64,000 nt of DNA, taken from assembly GCF_949296715.1 (NCBI RefSeq), contig NZ_CASFQD010000059.1, forward strand, positions 1,734-65,733, given 5' to 3'. Positions within the stretch are counted from its first letter, which is position 1; each line of letters opens with the position of its first letter. A program made the position numbers and the translations under genes. This DNA comes from an uncultured Alistipes sp. (GTDB lineage: Bacteria > Bacteroidota > Bacteroidia > Bacteroidales > Rikenellaceae). Of this stretch, positions 53,678 through 61,892 are shown piece by piece. Under the pieces are notes generated by a model. That model saw only the letters and a list, made by a program, of their open reading frames with translations, made no database searches and was not told the DNA's origin.

Positions 53678-55531
53678 ATGGCGAGAAATCTCAAGATCAG
53701 AGACCTTACGTTGCGCGACGGACAGCAGTCCTCGTTCGCAACCCGCATGAACCAGGCACAAATCGACCGTTGCCTGCCTTATTACAAGGATGCGAATTTC
53801 TATGCGATGGAGGTGTGGGGCGGAGCCGTGCCCGACTCGGTGATGCGCTACCTGAACGAGAACCCCTGGACCCGTCTGGAGAGCATTCACAAGGCGGTGG
53901 GCAACGTCTCGAAGCTCACGGCCCTGTCGCGCGGCCGCAACCTGTTCGGCTATTCGCCCTACACGGATGAGATCATCGACGGCTTCTGCCGCAACGCCAT
54001 CGAGAGCGGTCTGGGCATCATGCGTATCTTCGACGCCCTGAACGACGTGGACAACGTGAAGTCGACGGTCAAGTACGTGAAGCAGTACGGCGGCATCGCC
54101 GACTGCGCCGTCTGCTATACGGTCGACCCGAAATACCCCGAACCGACCTTCATGCAGCGCCTGATGGGCAAGAAGAAGCACGAGCAGGTCTTCACCGACG
54201 CCTACTTCCTCGACAAGGCCCGCCAGATGGCGGCCCTCGGCGCCGACATGATTACGATCAAGGACATGTCGGGCCTGATTCCGCCGCGCCGCGTGGCCAC
54301 GCTCGTCAAGCTCTTCAAGCAGCACCTCTCGATTCCGGTCGACTTCCACACCCACTGTACGCCGGGCTACGGTCTGGCTTCGGTGCTCGCGGCCATCGTG
54401 GCGGGCGTCGACATCGTCGACACCAACTGCTGGTATTTCGGCGGCGGCACGGGCGCCCCGGCCATCGAGCTGGTCTACGTCTTCTGCAAGAAGCTCGGCA
54501 TCGACATCGGCGTCAACATGGAGGCCGTGGCGAAGATCAACACGCAGCTGCGTGAGATCCGCAAGGAGCTGAACATGTCGGTATTCGGCGTGGAGAAGCC
54601 CGAACCCAAGCCGTTCAACCCGCTGACGGACAAGCTGCCCGCCGAGATCGACGCGCTGTTCGACGCCGCCATCAAGGCTGCGCAGAACGACGACGAGGAG
54701 GCGACGATCGCCGCCTGCCGCAAGATCGAGGCCCACTTCGGCTTCCCGGCACCGAACGAACTGGTGCAGAAGGCCGAAATCCCGGGCGGCATGTACTCGA
54801 ACATGGTGGCCCAGCTCAAGCAGCTCAAGTCGGAGGAGATTCTGCCCCGCGCCATGGAGCTCATCCCGTCGGTGCGTCTGGCTGCGGGTCTGCCGCCTCT
54901 GGTGACCCCGACGTCGCAGATCGTCGGCGCACAGGCCGTGAACTGCGCCCTCGACGAGAAGGCCGGACGTCCGATGTACACCAACAAGTCGTCGCAGTTC
55001 GTCGGTCTGGTGAAGGGCGAGTACGGCAAGACGCCCGTGAAGATCGATCCGGAGTTCCGCTTCAAGATCTGCGGCGTGCGTGAGGAGACGCCCTACGATA
55101 CGTCGAAATACCAGATGCAGCCCAACCCCGAACTTCCGGAGGCCGGAGGCGTGAAGCTCGCCGCCAACGAGAAGGAGGTGCTGCTGCTCGAGCTCTTCCC
55201 GCTCGTGGCCAAGACCTTCCTGACCGAACAGAAGAAGAAGGCCTACGAGGCTGCGAAGCCCGCCGCTCCGAAGGCCGAGGAGAAGCCCGTCGAGGAGAAG
55301 AAGCAGGCCGTCATCACGGGCAACACCGTGACGGCTCCGCTGCCGGGCCGCATCATCGAGATCAAGGTGAAGGTCGGCGACGAGGTCAAGGCCGGACAGG
55401 AGGTCGTCGTGCTCGAAGCCATGAAGATGGAGAATGCCGTCTCGACCGACTATTCGGGCAAGGTGAAGCAGGTCCTCGTGCAGGCGGGCGACACCGTGGC
55501 GACGGATGCCGTGCTGCTCGAGATCGAGTAA
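53678..55531 (+). CDS. biotin-dependent carboxyltransferase (oxaloacetate decarboxylase alpha / pyruvate carboxylase subunit B type) with C-terminal biotinyl domain
   Basis: N-terminal HMGL-like domain IRDLTLRDGQQS. C-terminal biotin attachment motif EAMKMEN. Confidence 0.92.
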   Translation: MARNLKIRDLTLRDGQQSSFATRMNQAQIDRCLPYYKDANFYAMEVWGGAVPDSVMRYLNENPWTRLESIHKAVGNVSKLTALSRGRNLFGYSPYTDEIIDGFCRNAIESGLGIMRIFDALNDVDNVKSTVKYVKQYGGIADCAVCYTVDPKYPEPTFMQRLMGKKKHEQVFTDAYFLDKARQMAALGADMITIKDMSGLIPPRRVATLVKLFKQHLSIPVDFHTHCTPGYGLASVLAAIVAGVDIVDTNCWYFGGGTGAPAIELVYVFCKKLGIDIGVNMEAVAKINTQLREIRKELNMSVFGVEKPEPKPFNPLTDKLPAEIDALFDAAIKAAQNDDEEATIAACRKIEAHFGFPAPNELVQKAEIPGGMYSNMVAQLKQLKSEEILPRAMELIPSVRLAAGLPPLVTPTSQIVGAQAVNCALDEKAGRPMYTNKSSQFVGLVKGEYGKTPVKIDPEFRFKICGVREETPYDTSKYQMQPNPELPEAGGVKLAANEKEVLLLELFPLVAKTFLTEQKKKAYEAAKPAAPKAEEKPVEEKKQAVITGNTVTAPLPGRIIEIKVKVGDEVKAGQEVVVLEAMKMENAVSTDYSGKVKQVLVQAGDTVATDAVLLEIE

Positions 55532-55551
55532 CCGTCCGACTGCCGGTTTGC

Positions 55552-55589
55552 AAAGCACCCGCAGTGCCTCGTGGCGCTGCGGGTGCTTT
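55552..55589. terminator. hairpin terminator between convergent genes
   Basis: AAAGCACCCGCAG-12 nt-CTGCGGGTGCTTT. A 13-bp perfect stem with short A/T flanks. Confidence 0.65.
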
Positions 55590-55695
55590 CGTGTGCGGGG
55601 GTGCCGGGCGGAAGGCACGACAGCCCCCCCCTGGCCGGGAAGTTTCGCTGCCGGTACCGGGTTTCGGCTGCGGCCGAGAGCGTGCGGATGGCGGA

Positions 55696-56553
55696 CTACC
55701 GGGCCGTGCCGCGCAGGGTTTTCAGGTAGGCGAGCAGGATGACGTTCATCATCAGGGCGTAGACGATCGCCGGGATGGCCATTTGCGGAGAGTCGAAGAT
55801 CAGCGGCGACGAGGCGATGGCGATGGCCTGTGCGGCGTTCTGCATGCCGACCTCGATGACGATCGTGCGCCGGGCTTTGCGTCCGGTCCGCAGCATGCGC
55901 GAGAGGAGCGCCCCGCCGAGCATGGCAAGCAGGATCAGCGCTGCGGCGGCCATGCCGAGACGGCCCAGGTGCCGGAGAATCGTGTCGGCGTATTGCAGGA
56001 AGAAGAGCGCCGCGAGCAGCATCAGGGCCGGGAAGGCGATGCGTCCCAGCAGGGCGTGGAGCCGCTCGGCCCGCTGCGGGCAGCGGTGGCGGTAGAGTGC
56101 GCCGGCAGCCATCGGCAGGAACTGCAGGACGATGTTCTGCAGGAAGAGCCGCCCGGTGGGCAGGTGGATGGCCATGTCGGAGTGGGTGGCGGCGAAGCGC
56201 GTGGCAAGGCTCATGACGGCGGGGATGGTGAAGAGCGTGATGATGCTGCTCAAGGCCGTCAGCGTCACCGAGAGGGCGACGTCGCCCTTGGCCAGCATCG
56301 AAAAGACGTTCGACGAACTGCCGCCCGGGCAGCAGGCGATGAGCATCAGTCCCAGAAAGAAGAGCGGCGGCAGGCGGAAGGCAAGGGCCACGCCGAAGGC
56401 GATGAGCGGCAGCAGCAGAAGCTGTCCGGCAAGCCCTGCGGCAACGGCTCCCGGGCGGCGGACGACGCGGCGGAAGGAGGCGCGGTCGAGCTCCATGCCG
56501 AGTTGGAACATCAGCAGCGTGAGGATGGGCAGTACGATCCAGATGGTGTTCAC
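55696..56553 (-). CDS. bile acid:sodium symporter (BASS) family transporter
   Basis: 285 aa with the typical BASS motifs LMFQLGMEL and CCPGGSSSNVFSMLAKGDVALSV. Confidence 0.9.
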   Translation of the reverse strand: MNTIWIVLPILTLLMFQLGMELDRASFRRVVRRPGAVAAGLAGQLLLLPLIAFGVALAFRLPPLFFLGLMLIACCPGGSSSNVFSMLAKGDVALSVTLTALSSIITLFTIPAVMSLATRFAATHSDMAIHLPTGRLFLQNIVLQFLPMAAGALYRHRCPQRAERLHALLGRIAFPALMLLAALFFLQYADTILRHLGRLGMAAAALILLAMLGGALLSRMLRTGRKARRTIVIEVGMQNAAQAIAIASSPLIFDSPQMAIPAIVYALMMNVILLAYLKTLRGTAR

Positions 56554-56560
56554 GGCCGGG

Positions 56561-57850
56561 TCAGATTTTGCGGGGATAGCGCAGCAGGATGGCCAGGATG
56601 GCGCCGCAGCCCATGACGAAGGGGTAGTAGAGGTAGCGGATGATCTCCAGCGGCGAGAGCCCCGTGAGGCTGGCGGCCATGAGCAGCTGTGCGCCGTAGG
56701 GGAGCAGCCCCTGCGTGAAGCACGAGAAGGTGTCGAGCAGGCTGGCGCTGCGCCGGCGGTCGATGCCGAAGCGGTCGGCGATCTTGCGGGCGATGGGACC
56801 CACGGTCAGGATGGCAATCGTGTTGTTGGCCGTGCAGAGGTTCGAGAGGCAGACGAGCCCCGCGATGGTCCCCTCGGCGCCGCGTCGTCCCCGGATGTGG
56901 CGCGTCATGCGGTCGATCAGGTAGTCGATGCCGCCGTTCAGGCGGATCAGTTCGAGCAGCCCGCCAGCCAGCATCGTGATGATGATGAGCTCGCCCATGC
57001 CCGTGATGCCTTCGCCCATGCTGCCGCACCAGCCCAGCGTGCCGAAACTGCCCGTTGCGATGCCGATCACCCCCGTCGCGAGGATGCCCAGCAGCAGGAC
57101 CTTCATGACGTTCATGCCGCCGACGGCCGTCACGAGAACGAGCAGGTAGGGCAGCACCTTGATCCACTCGATGCGTTCGGGCGCTGCGATCTGCGGGGCT
57201 TGGCTCCCCGTGAAGAGGTAGATGCCCAGCGTCACGAGGGCCGCGGGGGCGACGATGCGGATGTTGACGCGGAACTTGTCGCGCAGGTCGCATTCCTGCG
57301 TGCGCGTGGCTGCGATGGTCGTGTCGGAGATGAACGAGAGGTTGTCGCCGAAGAAGGCGCCGCCGACTACGATGCCCATGAGCCACGCCTCGTTCATCGT
57401 GGTCTGCTCGGCCAGCCCTGCGGCGACAGGGCCCAGGGCGACGATCGTCCCGACGGAGGTCCCGACGGAGAGCGACACGAAACAGGCCGCAAGAAAGAGC
57501 CCCGCGGGGAGGAGCGTGCCCGGCAGCAGATGGAGCGTGAGGTTCACCGTGGCATCCACGGCGCCCATGCTGCGGGCCGACTCGGCGAAGGCCCCGGCAA
57601 GGATGAAGATCCAGATCATGAGCAGGATGTTGCTGTTCGCGGCTCCGGCCGAGAAGTGCTCGATGCGTTCGGCGAAGGGCAGCCGGCGCGTCGTCGCAAC
57701 GGCATAGACCGCGGCGGCGAGGAACGCCACGCTGATGGGCATGCGGTAGAAGTCGCCCGTTATGAGCGATGCGGCGAGGTAGGTGGCCAGGAAGACCAGC
57801 AGGGGCGTGAGGGCCAGCAGGCTCCCGTGGCGGGTATGTTTTTCGGTCAT
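56561..57850 (-). CDS. Na+/H+ antiporter NhaC family protein
   Basis: ATG at 57850 (MTEKHTRHGS) within ORF 56561..57985. Polytopic and NhaC-like. There is a 7-nt gap to the BASS gene (stop ends at 56561, BASS ATG at 56553). Confidence 0.85.
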   Translation of the reverse strand: MTEKHTRHGSLLALTPLLVFLATYLAASLITGDFYRMPISVAFLAAAVYAVATTRRLPFAERIEHFSAGAANSNILLMIWIFILAGAFAESARSMGAVDATVNLTLHLLPGTLLPAGLFLAACFVSLSVGTSVGTIVALGPVAAGLAEQTTMNEAWLMGIVVGGAFFGDNLSFISDTTIAATRTQECDLRDKFRVNIRIVAPAALVTLGIYLFTGSQAPQIAAPERIEWIKVLPYLLVLVTAVGGMNVMKVLLLGILATGVIGIATGSFGTLGWCGSMGEGITGMGELIIITMLAGGLLELIRLNGGIDYLIDRMTRHIRGRRGAEGTIAGLVCLSNLCTANNTIAILTVGPIARKIADRFGIDRRRSASLLDTFSCFTQGLLPYGAQLLMAASLTGLSPLEIIRYLYYPFVMGCGAILAILLRYPRKI

Positions 57851-57879
57851 GGCAGTGACTCTTTGACGGTTCCGGGCCG

Positions 57880-57887
57880 CAAAGATA
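57880..57887 (-). promoter_or_regulatory. -7 promoter box TATCTTTG (nhaC-BASS operon)
   Basis: Plus strand reads caaagata. The box is 29 nt upstream of the ATG at 57850. Confidence 0.65.
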
Positions 57888-57939
57888 GTGCAAGCCGCGC
57901 AGAGAACCAAACCCGCGGCAGCCGATCTGCCTTTGTCGG

Positions 57940-58095
57940 GACGCCGTTGTCGGAGTGCCGGGGCACGGCGCCGGGGGAGGACCATTATCGGAGTATTGGG
58001 GTACCATTGTCGGGGTGCCGGGCCCGCTGCCGTTCGGCGGCCGGGCTGCAGTCAGCGATCGGTCTGCGGTCGGACTGCGGACTGTGGTGGATGTT
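57940..58095. repeat. degenerate GTCGG/GCCGGG repeat tract in the divergent spacer
   Basis: Units gtcggagtgccgggg, tatcggagtattgggg and tgtcggggtgccggg, then cggtctgcggtcggactgcggactgtgg. Confidence 0.65.
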
Positions 58096-58230
58096 CCGCC
58101 GTTCCATGGGCGGATGCCGTCGATTTGCCGTTGTCCCACGGTCGGCCCGGGATCGCGGAGGAGGGGCCTGCTCTCCGATTTTCCGGGCCGGGGTGTTGCA
58201 CAACCCGCGGCGAAGCGTTATCTTCGCGGT

Positions 58231-58824
58231 ATGGAATCCTTGGACAGAGCGCCGGAGGAGGGTCGGACCTTTCACATCCGGAACATGGTGTGCGACCGTT
58301 GCATACTGGTCGTGCGCGACCTCTTCACGCGGCTGGGGCTGGAGCCCGAGTGCGTCGAACTGGGGTACGTGCGAACCGCCGTGCGTCCCGATGCCGCGAC
58401 GCTGGAGCGGCTGGACGAGGCGCTGCGGGCCGTGGGCTTCGAGCGGCTGGACGATGGCCGCCGCCAGCTGGCCGAGCGGATCCGTACCGAGATCATCCGT
58501 CTGGTACACCGAGACGACGTGCCGCTGCGCGTCAACCTCTCGGAATATCTCTCCGAGACGCTGCACCACGAATACAGCGTGTTGAGCAAGCTCTTTTCCG
58601 AGGAGACCGGCACGACCGTCGAACGCTGCTACATCGCGCAGCGCATCGAGCGGGTCAAGGAGCTGCTCTCCTACGGCGAGCTTTCGCTCAGCGAGATTGC
58701 CGACCGCATGAACTACTCCAGCGTCGCCCACCTGAGCGCCCAGTTCAAGCAGGTTACAGGCCTGACGCCGAGCCGTTACCGGCAGCTGGCGCAGCCTCCG
58801 CGCCGACCGCTCGACAAACTCTGA
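58231..58824 (+). CDS. AraC-family transcriptional regulator with N-terminal HMA-like (MxCxxC) domain
   Basis: ATG at 58231 within ORF 57955..58824. The variant -7 box TATCTTCG at 58219-58226 is 4 nt upstream. The MVCDRC motif is at 58285-58302. C-terminal AraC HTH (LSEIADRMNYSSVAHLSAQFKQVTGLTPS). Confidence 0.85.
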   Translation: MESLDRAPEEGRTFHIRNMVCDRCILVVRDLFTRLGLEPECVELGYVRTAVRPDAATLERLDEALRAVGFERLDDGRRQLAERIRTEIIRLVHRDDVPLRVNLSEYLSETLHHEYSVLSKLFSEETGTTVERCYIAQRIERVKELLSYGELSLSEIADRMNYSSVAHLSAQFKQVTGLTPSRYRQLAQPPRRPLDKL

Positions 58825-58930
58825 CCCCCCCCCTCGGGCCAGCCGCTGCTCCTTTGTCGTCTCTGTCCGCCGTCTTTACCCCCCCCCGTTTCTGCCCGTC
58901 GTCTCTGCCCGCTGTTTCTGCCCGTCACCG

Positions 58931-58965
58931 TGTAAATCTGTAAATCCCGCCCACGATTCTGTAAC
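58931..58965. promoter_or_regulatory. direct repeats TGTAAATC-TGTAAATC plus TGTAAC upstream of the copA promoter
   Basis: Read directly at 58931-58946 and 58960-58965. They lie 20-55 nt upstream of the -7 box. This is a candidate operator only. Confidence 0.35.
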
Positions 58966-58986
58966 GTCGGGACGGGGCGTCGTCCG

Positions 58987-58994
58987 TATCTTTG
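58987..58994 (+). promoter_or_regulatory. -7 promoter box TATCTTTG (copA)
   Basis: Lies 26 nt upstream of the ATG at 59021. Confidence 0.65.
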
Positions 58995-59020
58995 CACAAA
59001 CTAGTGACGAAACGAAGATC

Positions 59021-61519
59021 ATGGAACGGAATGAGACACAAACGGGCCTGTTCCCGGTGACGGGCATGCACTGCGCCGCCTGTGTGGCGCGTGTCGAGAA
59101 GGCCTTGCGGTATTGTGAGGGGGTGCGCGAAGTCGGGGTGAATCCCGCGACGGCCACGGCCCGCGTGGTTTACGATCCGCAGTGCTGTACGGCCGACGGT
59201 TTGCGGAGCGCCGTGCAGGCGGCGGGTTACGACCTGCTGACCGGCGGCGGGGACGAGGCCGCGGATGAAGCTGACCGCCGGGCCGCGGCCGATTACCGGC
59301 TGTTGCGGCGGCAGGCGCTGCTGGCCGTTGCGCTGGCGCTGCCCGTGGCCGTGCTTGGCATGTGGTTCCAGTCGGTGGGCTGGGTGCGCTGGGTGCTGTG
59401 GCTGCTCGCTTCGGTGACGCTGTTTGTCTGCGGGCGGAGCTTCTTTGTCTCGGCGTGGCGGCAGCTGCGCCACGGGGCAGCCAACATGGATACGCTCGTT
59501 GCCGTCAGCACGGGCGTGTCGTATCTCTTCAGCCTCTTCAACCTGCTCTTTCCCCGCGTGTGGGAGAGCCGCGGCATGGAGGCGCACCTCTATTTCGAGT
59601 CGGCAAGCGTCGTCATTGCCTTCGTGCTGCTGGGCCGGCTGCTCGAAGCCCGGGCCAAGGGCCGGACGACGGAGGCGCTGCGCAAGCTGATGCGCCTGCA
59701 GCCGCAGGAGGTTTCGCTCGTGGAGCCCGACGGCACAATTCGCCGGGTCCGGATCGGCGAGGTGCGCCCGGGTGACCGGCTGCTGGTGCGTCCCGGCGAG
59801 CGGATTCCCGTCGACGGCGAGGTCTGCGAGGGCAGCTCCCCGGTCGACGAGAGCCTCTTCAGCGGGGAGCCGCTCCCCGTGCTCAAGCAGCCCGGGGCGG
59901 AGCTCTTCGCCGGGACGGTCAACCTGCGCGGGGCGCTGCACATGCGGGCGACCCGCGTGGGCGACGGGACGATGCTTGCCCACATCATCCGGCAGGTGCA
60001 GGAGGCGCAGGGTAGCAAGGCGCCCGTGCAGCGGCTCGTGGACCGCGTGGCTGCGGTCTTCGTCCCGGTGGTCATGACGCTGGCCGCGGTGGCATTTGTT
60101 GCGTGGTGGGCGGCCGATCCGGCCGACGGCTTCACACGCGGGGTGCTGGCACTGGTTACGGTGCTCGTCGTTGCGTGCCCCTGTGCGCTGGGGCTGGCAA
60201 CCCCTACGGCCATCGTGGTGGGAATCGGCAAGGGGGCCGAGAACGGCATCCTGATCCGCAATGCCGAGAGTTTGGAGGCGGCGGCCCGCGTGGATGTCGT
60301 CGTGCTCGACAAGACCGGCACGCTCACGGAGGGGCGTCCCGAGGTGACCGACCTGATCTGGTGCGGGGACGGCGACCGCCGTGCGGCCTGCTTCAGCGCC
60401 CTGGAGCGCTGTTCGACCCATCCGCTGGCTGCGGCCGTGGCGGAGCGGCTCGGCGGACAGCCGCACCCGGAGGTGAGCGACTTTGCGGAGCGGCCCGGTG
60501 AGGGGGTCAGCGGCCGGATCGACGGCGAGACCTACCATGCCGGCAATGCGGCTCTGCTGGCGGCTGCGGGCGTGGCGGTCGATGCCAATGCCGCGGCTGC
60601 GGCCAACTGGCTCGCCGCGCAGGCGAAGAGCGTCGTCTACTTTGCCGACAGCCGGCGGGTGCTGGCCGTGGCGGGTGTTGCCGACCGGCTCAAGCGCGAG
60701 AGTCCGGCGGCGGTTCAGGCCCTCCGGGCACGCGGCATCGACGTCTGGATGGTGACGGGCGATGCGGAGGCTCCGGCGCGTGAAATAGCCCGGCAGGCGG
60801 GCATCGAGTCCTTCCGTGCGGGGGTGCTGCCGCAGGGCAAGCGGGATTTCGTGCGGCAGCTGCAGGCCGACGGACATCGCGTGGCGATGGTCGGCGATGG
60901 CATCAACGACAGCGCGGCCCTTGCGCAGGCCGACTTCAGCGTTGCCATGGGGCGGGGGAGCGACATCGCGATGGATGCGGCGATGGTGACGATCGTGGGC
61001 TCCGATCCGACGAAGATCGCCGAGGCGATCCGCCTTTCGCGGCTCACGCTGCGGACGATCCGTCAGAATCTCGTCTGGGCCTTTCTCTACAACGTGATCG
61101 CCATTCCCGTGGCGGCCGGGGTCTTCGAGCCCCTGTTCGGTTTCGGACTGAACCCGATGCTGGCGGGTCTGGCCATGGCATTGAGCAGCCTCTGTGTCGT
61201 CGGGAACAGCCTGCGCCTGAAGCGGGCCGTGCTCACGGAGCGCCCGATGCGGCGGATGGCTGCGGAGCATCCTCATACTGAACATACTGAATCTGTTTCT
61301 GAAAACAATACAACCATGAAAAAGTATCGTGTGGAAGGCATGATGTGCGACCATTGCCGCGCTCATGTGGAAAAGGCCCTCAATGCGTTGGAGGGTGTAT
61401 CGGCTCATGTGACGCTCGATCCGGCGGTTGCCGTCGTCGAGTTCTCCGGTCGGGAGTATTCGTTTGCCGAGCTGCAGGCGGCTGTCGCGGCGGCAGGGTA
61501 TACGCTCCGCGAGATGTAA
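59021..61519 (+). CDS. copA: copper-translocating P1B-type ATPase with N-terminal and C-terminal HMA domains
   Basis: GMHCAAC HMA domain, CPC (ACPCALG), DKTGT, GDGINDS, and a C-terminal MKKYRVEGMMCDHC HMA domain. Confidence 0.95.
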   Translation: MERNETQTGLFPVTGMHCAACVARVEKALRYCEGVREVGVNPATATARVVYDPQCCTADGLRSAVQAAGYDLLTGGGDEAADEADRRAAADYRLLRRQALLAVALALPVAVLGMWFQSVGWVRWVLWLLASVTLFVCGRSFFVSAWRQLRHGAANMDTLVAVSTGVSYLFSLFNLLFPRVWESRGMEAHLYFESASVVIAFVLLGRLLEARAKGRTTEALRKLMRLQPQEVSLVEPDGTIRRVRIGEVRPGDRLLVRPGERIPVDGEVCEGSSPVDESLFSGEPLPVLKQPGAELFAGTVNLRGALHMRATRVGDGTMLAHIIRQVQEAQGSKAPVQRLVDRVAAVFVPVVMTLAAVAFVAWWAADPADGFTRGVLALVTVLVVACPCALGLATPTAIVVGIGKGAENGILIRNAESLEAAARVDVVVLDKTGTLTEGRPEVTDLIWCGDGDRRAACFSALERCSTHPLAAAVAERLGGQPHPEVSDFAERPGEGVSGRIDGETYHAGNAALLAAAGVAVDANAAAAANWLAAQAKSVVYFADSRRVLAVAGVADRLKRESPAAVQALRARGIDVWMVTGDAEAPAREIARQAGIESFRAGVLPQGKRDFVRQLQADGHRVAMVGDGINDSAALAQADFSVAMGRGSDIAMDAAMVTIVGSDPTKIAEAIRLSRLTLRTIRQNLVWAFLYNVIAIPVAAGVFEPLFGFGLNPMLAGLAMALSSLCVVGNSLRLKRAVLTERPMRRMAAEHPHTEHTESVSENNTTMKKYRVEGMMCDHCRAHVEKALNALEGVSAHVTLDPAVAVVEFSGREYSFAELQAAVAAAGYTLREM

Positions 61520-61689
61520 CGGCGGCGCCTGTCCGGCGGAGGAGCCCGCCCCGCCGGGGTGTTCCGTGCGTTTCTCCCCGGAACATCATGATGAAACCTC
61601 TCTGAAGGGGCTTTTCGGCGAAGTTCGGCGTAAAAGGTCCTCTTTGGGGTGTCTCTCCGGCGGAGGAGGCAACGGACGGAGCCGGACCG

Positions 61690-61860
61690 CATGCGTGCCC
61701 TCGGGCAGTCTGCGCGGCGGTCGGACGGACTGCGTGCCGGGAAGAGTCGGAACAGGTGCCGGGAAGAGTCGGACCGCGTGCCGGGCGGCGGATGGTGCGC
61801 GGAGGGTCGGAAAAGGCGGAGCCGACGGGGATTCGGACGGCGGAAGTGTCGGGAAAAGTC
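61690..61860. repeat. degenerate GTGCCGGG/GTCGGA repeat tract including a 22-bp x2.5 tandem
   Basis: gtgccgggaagagtcggaacag at 61734 and gtgccgggaagagtcggaccgc at 61756, then a diverged third unit. Confidence 0.8.
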
Positions 61861-61861
61861 T

Positions 61862-61869
61862 TATCTTTG
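61862..61869 (+). promoter_or_regulatory. -7 promoter box TATCTTTG
   Basis: Lies 23 nt upstream of the ATG at 61893. Confidence 0.65.
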
Positions 61870-61892
61870 TATTCCGAACACGCCGCATCCCC

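Noticed and set aside
57872-58149. Possible invertible promoter (CCGGGCCG at 57872 versus CGGCCCGG at 58142)
   Set aside because: The arms are only 8 bp and made of very common GC-rich words, and no recombinase gene is nearby. Both flanking genes have their own fixed -7 boxes outside the segment.
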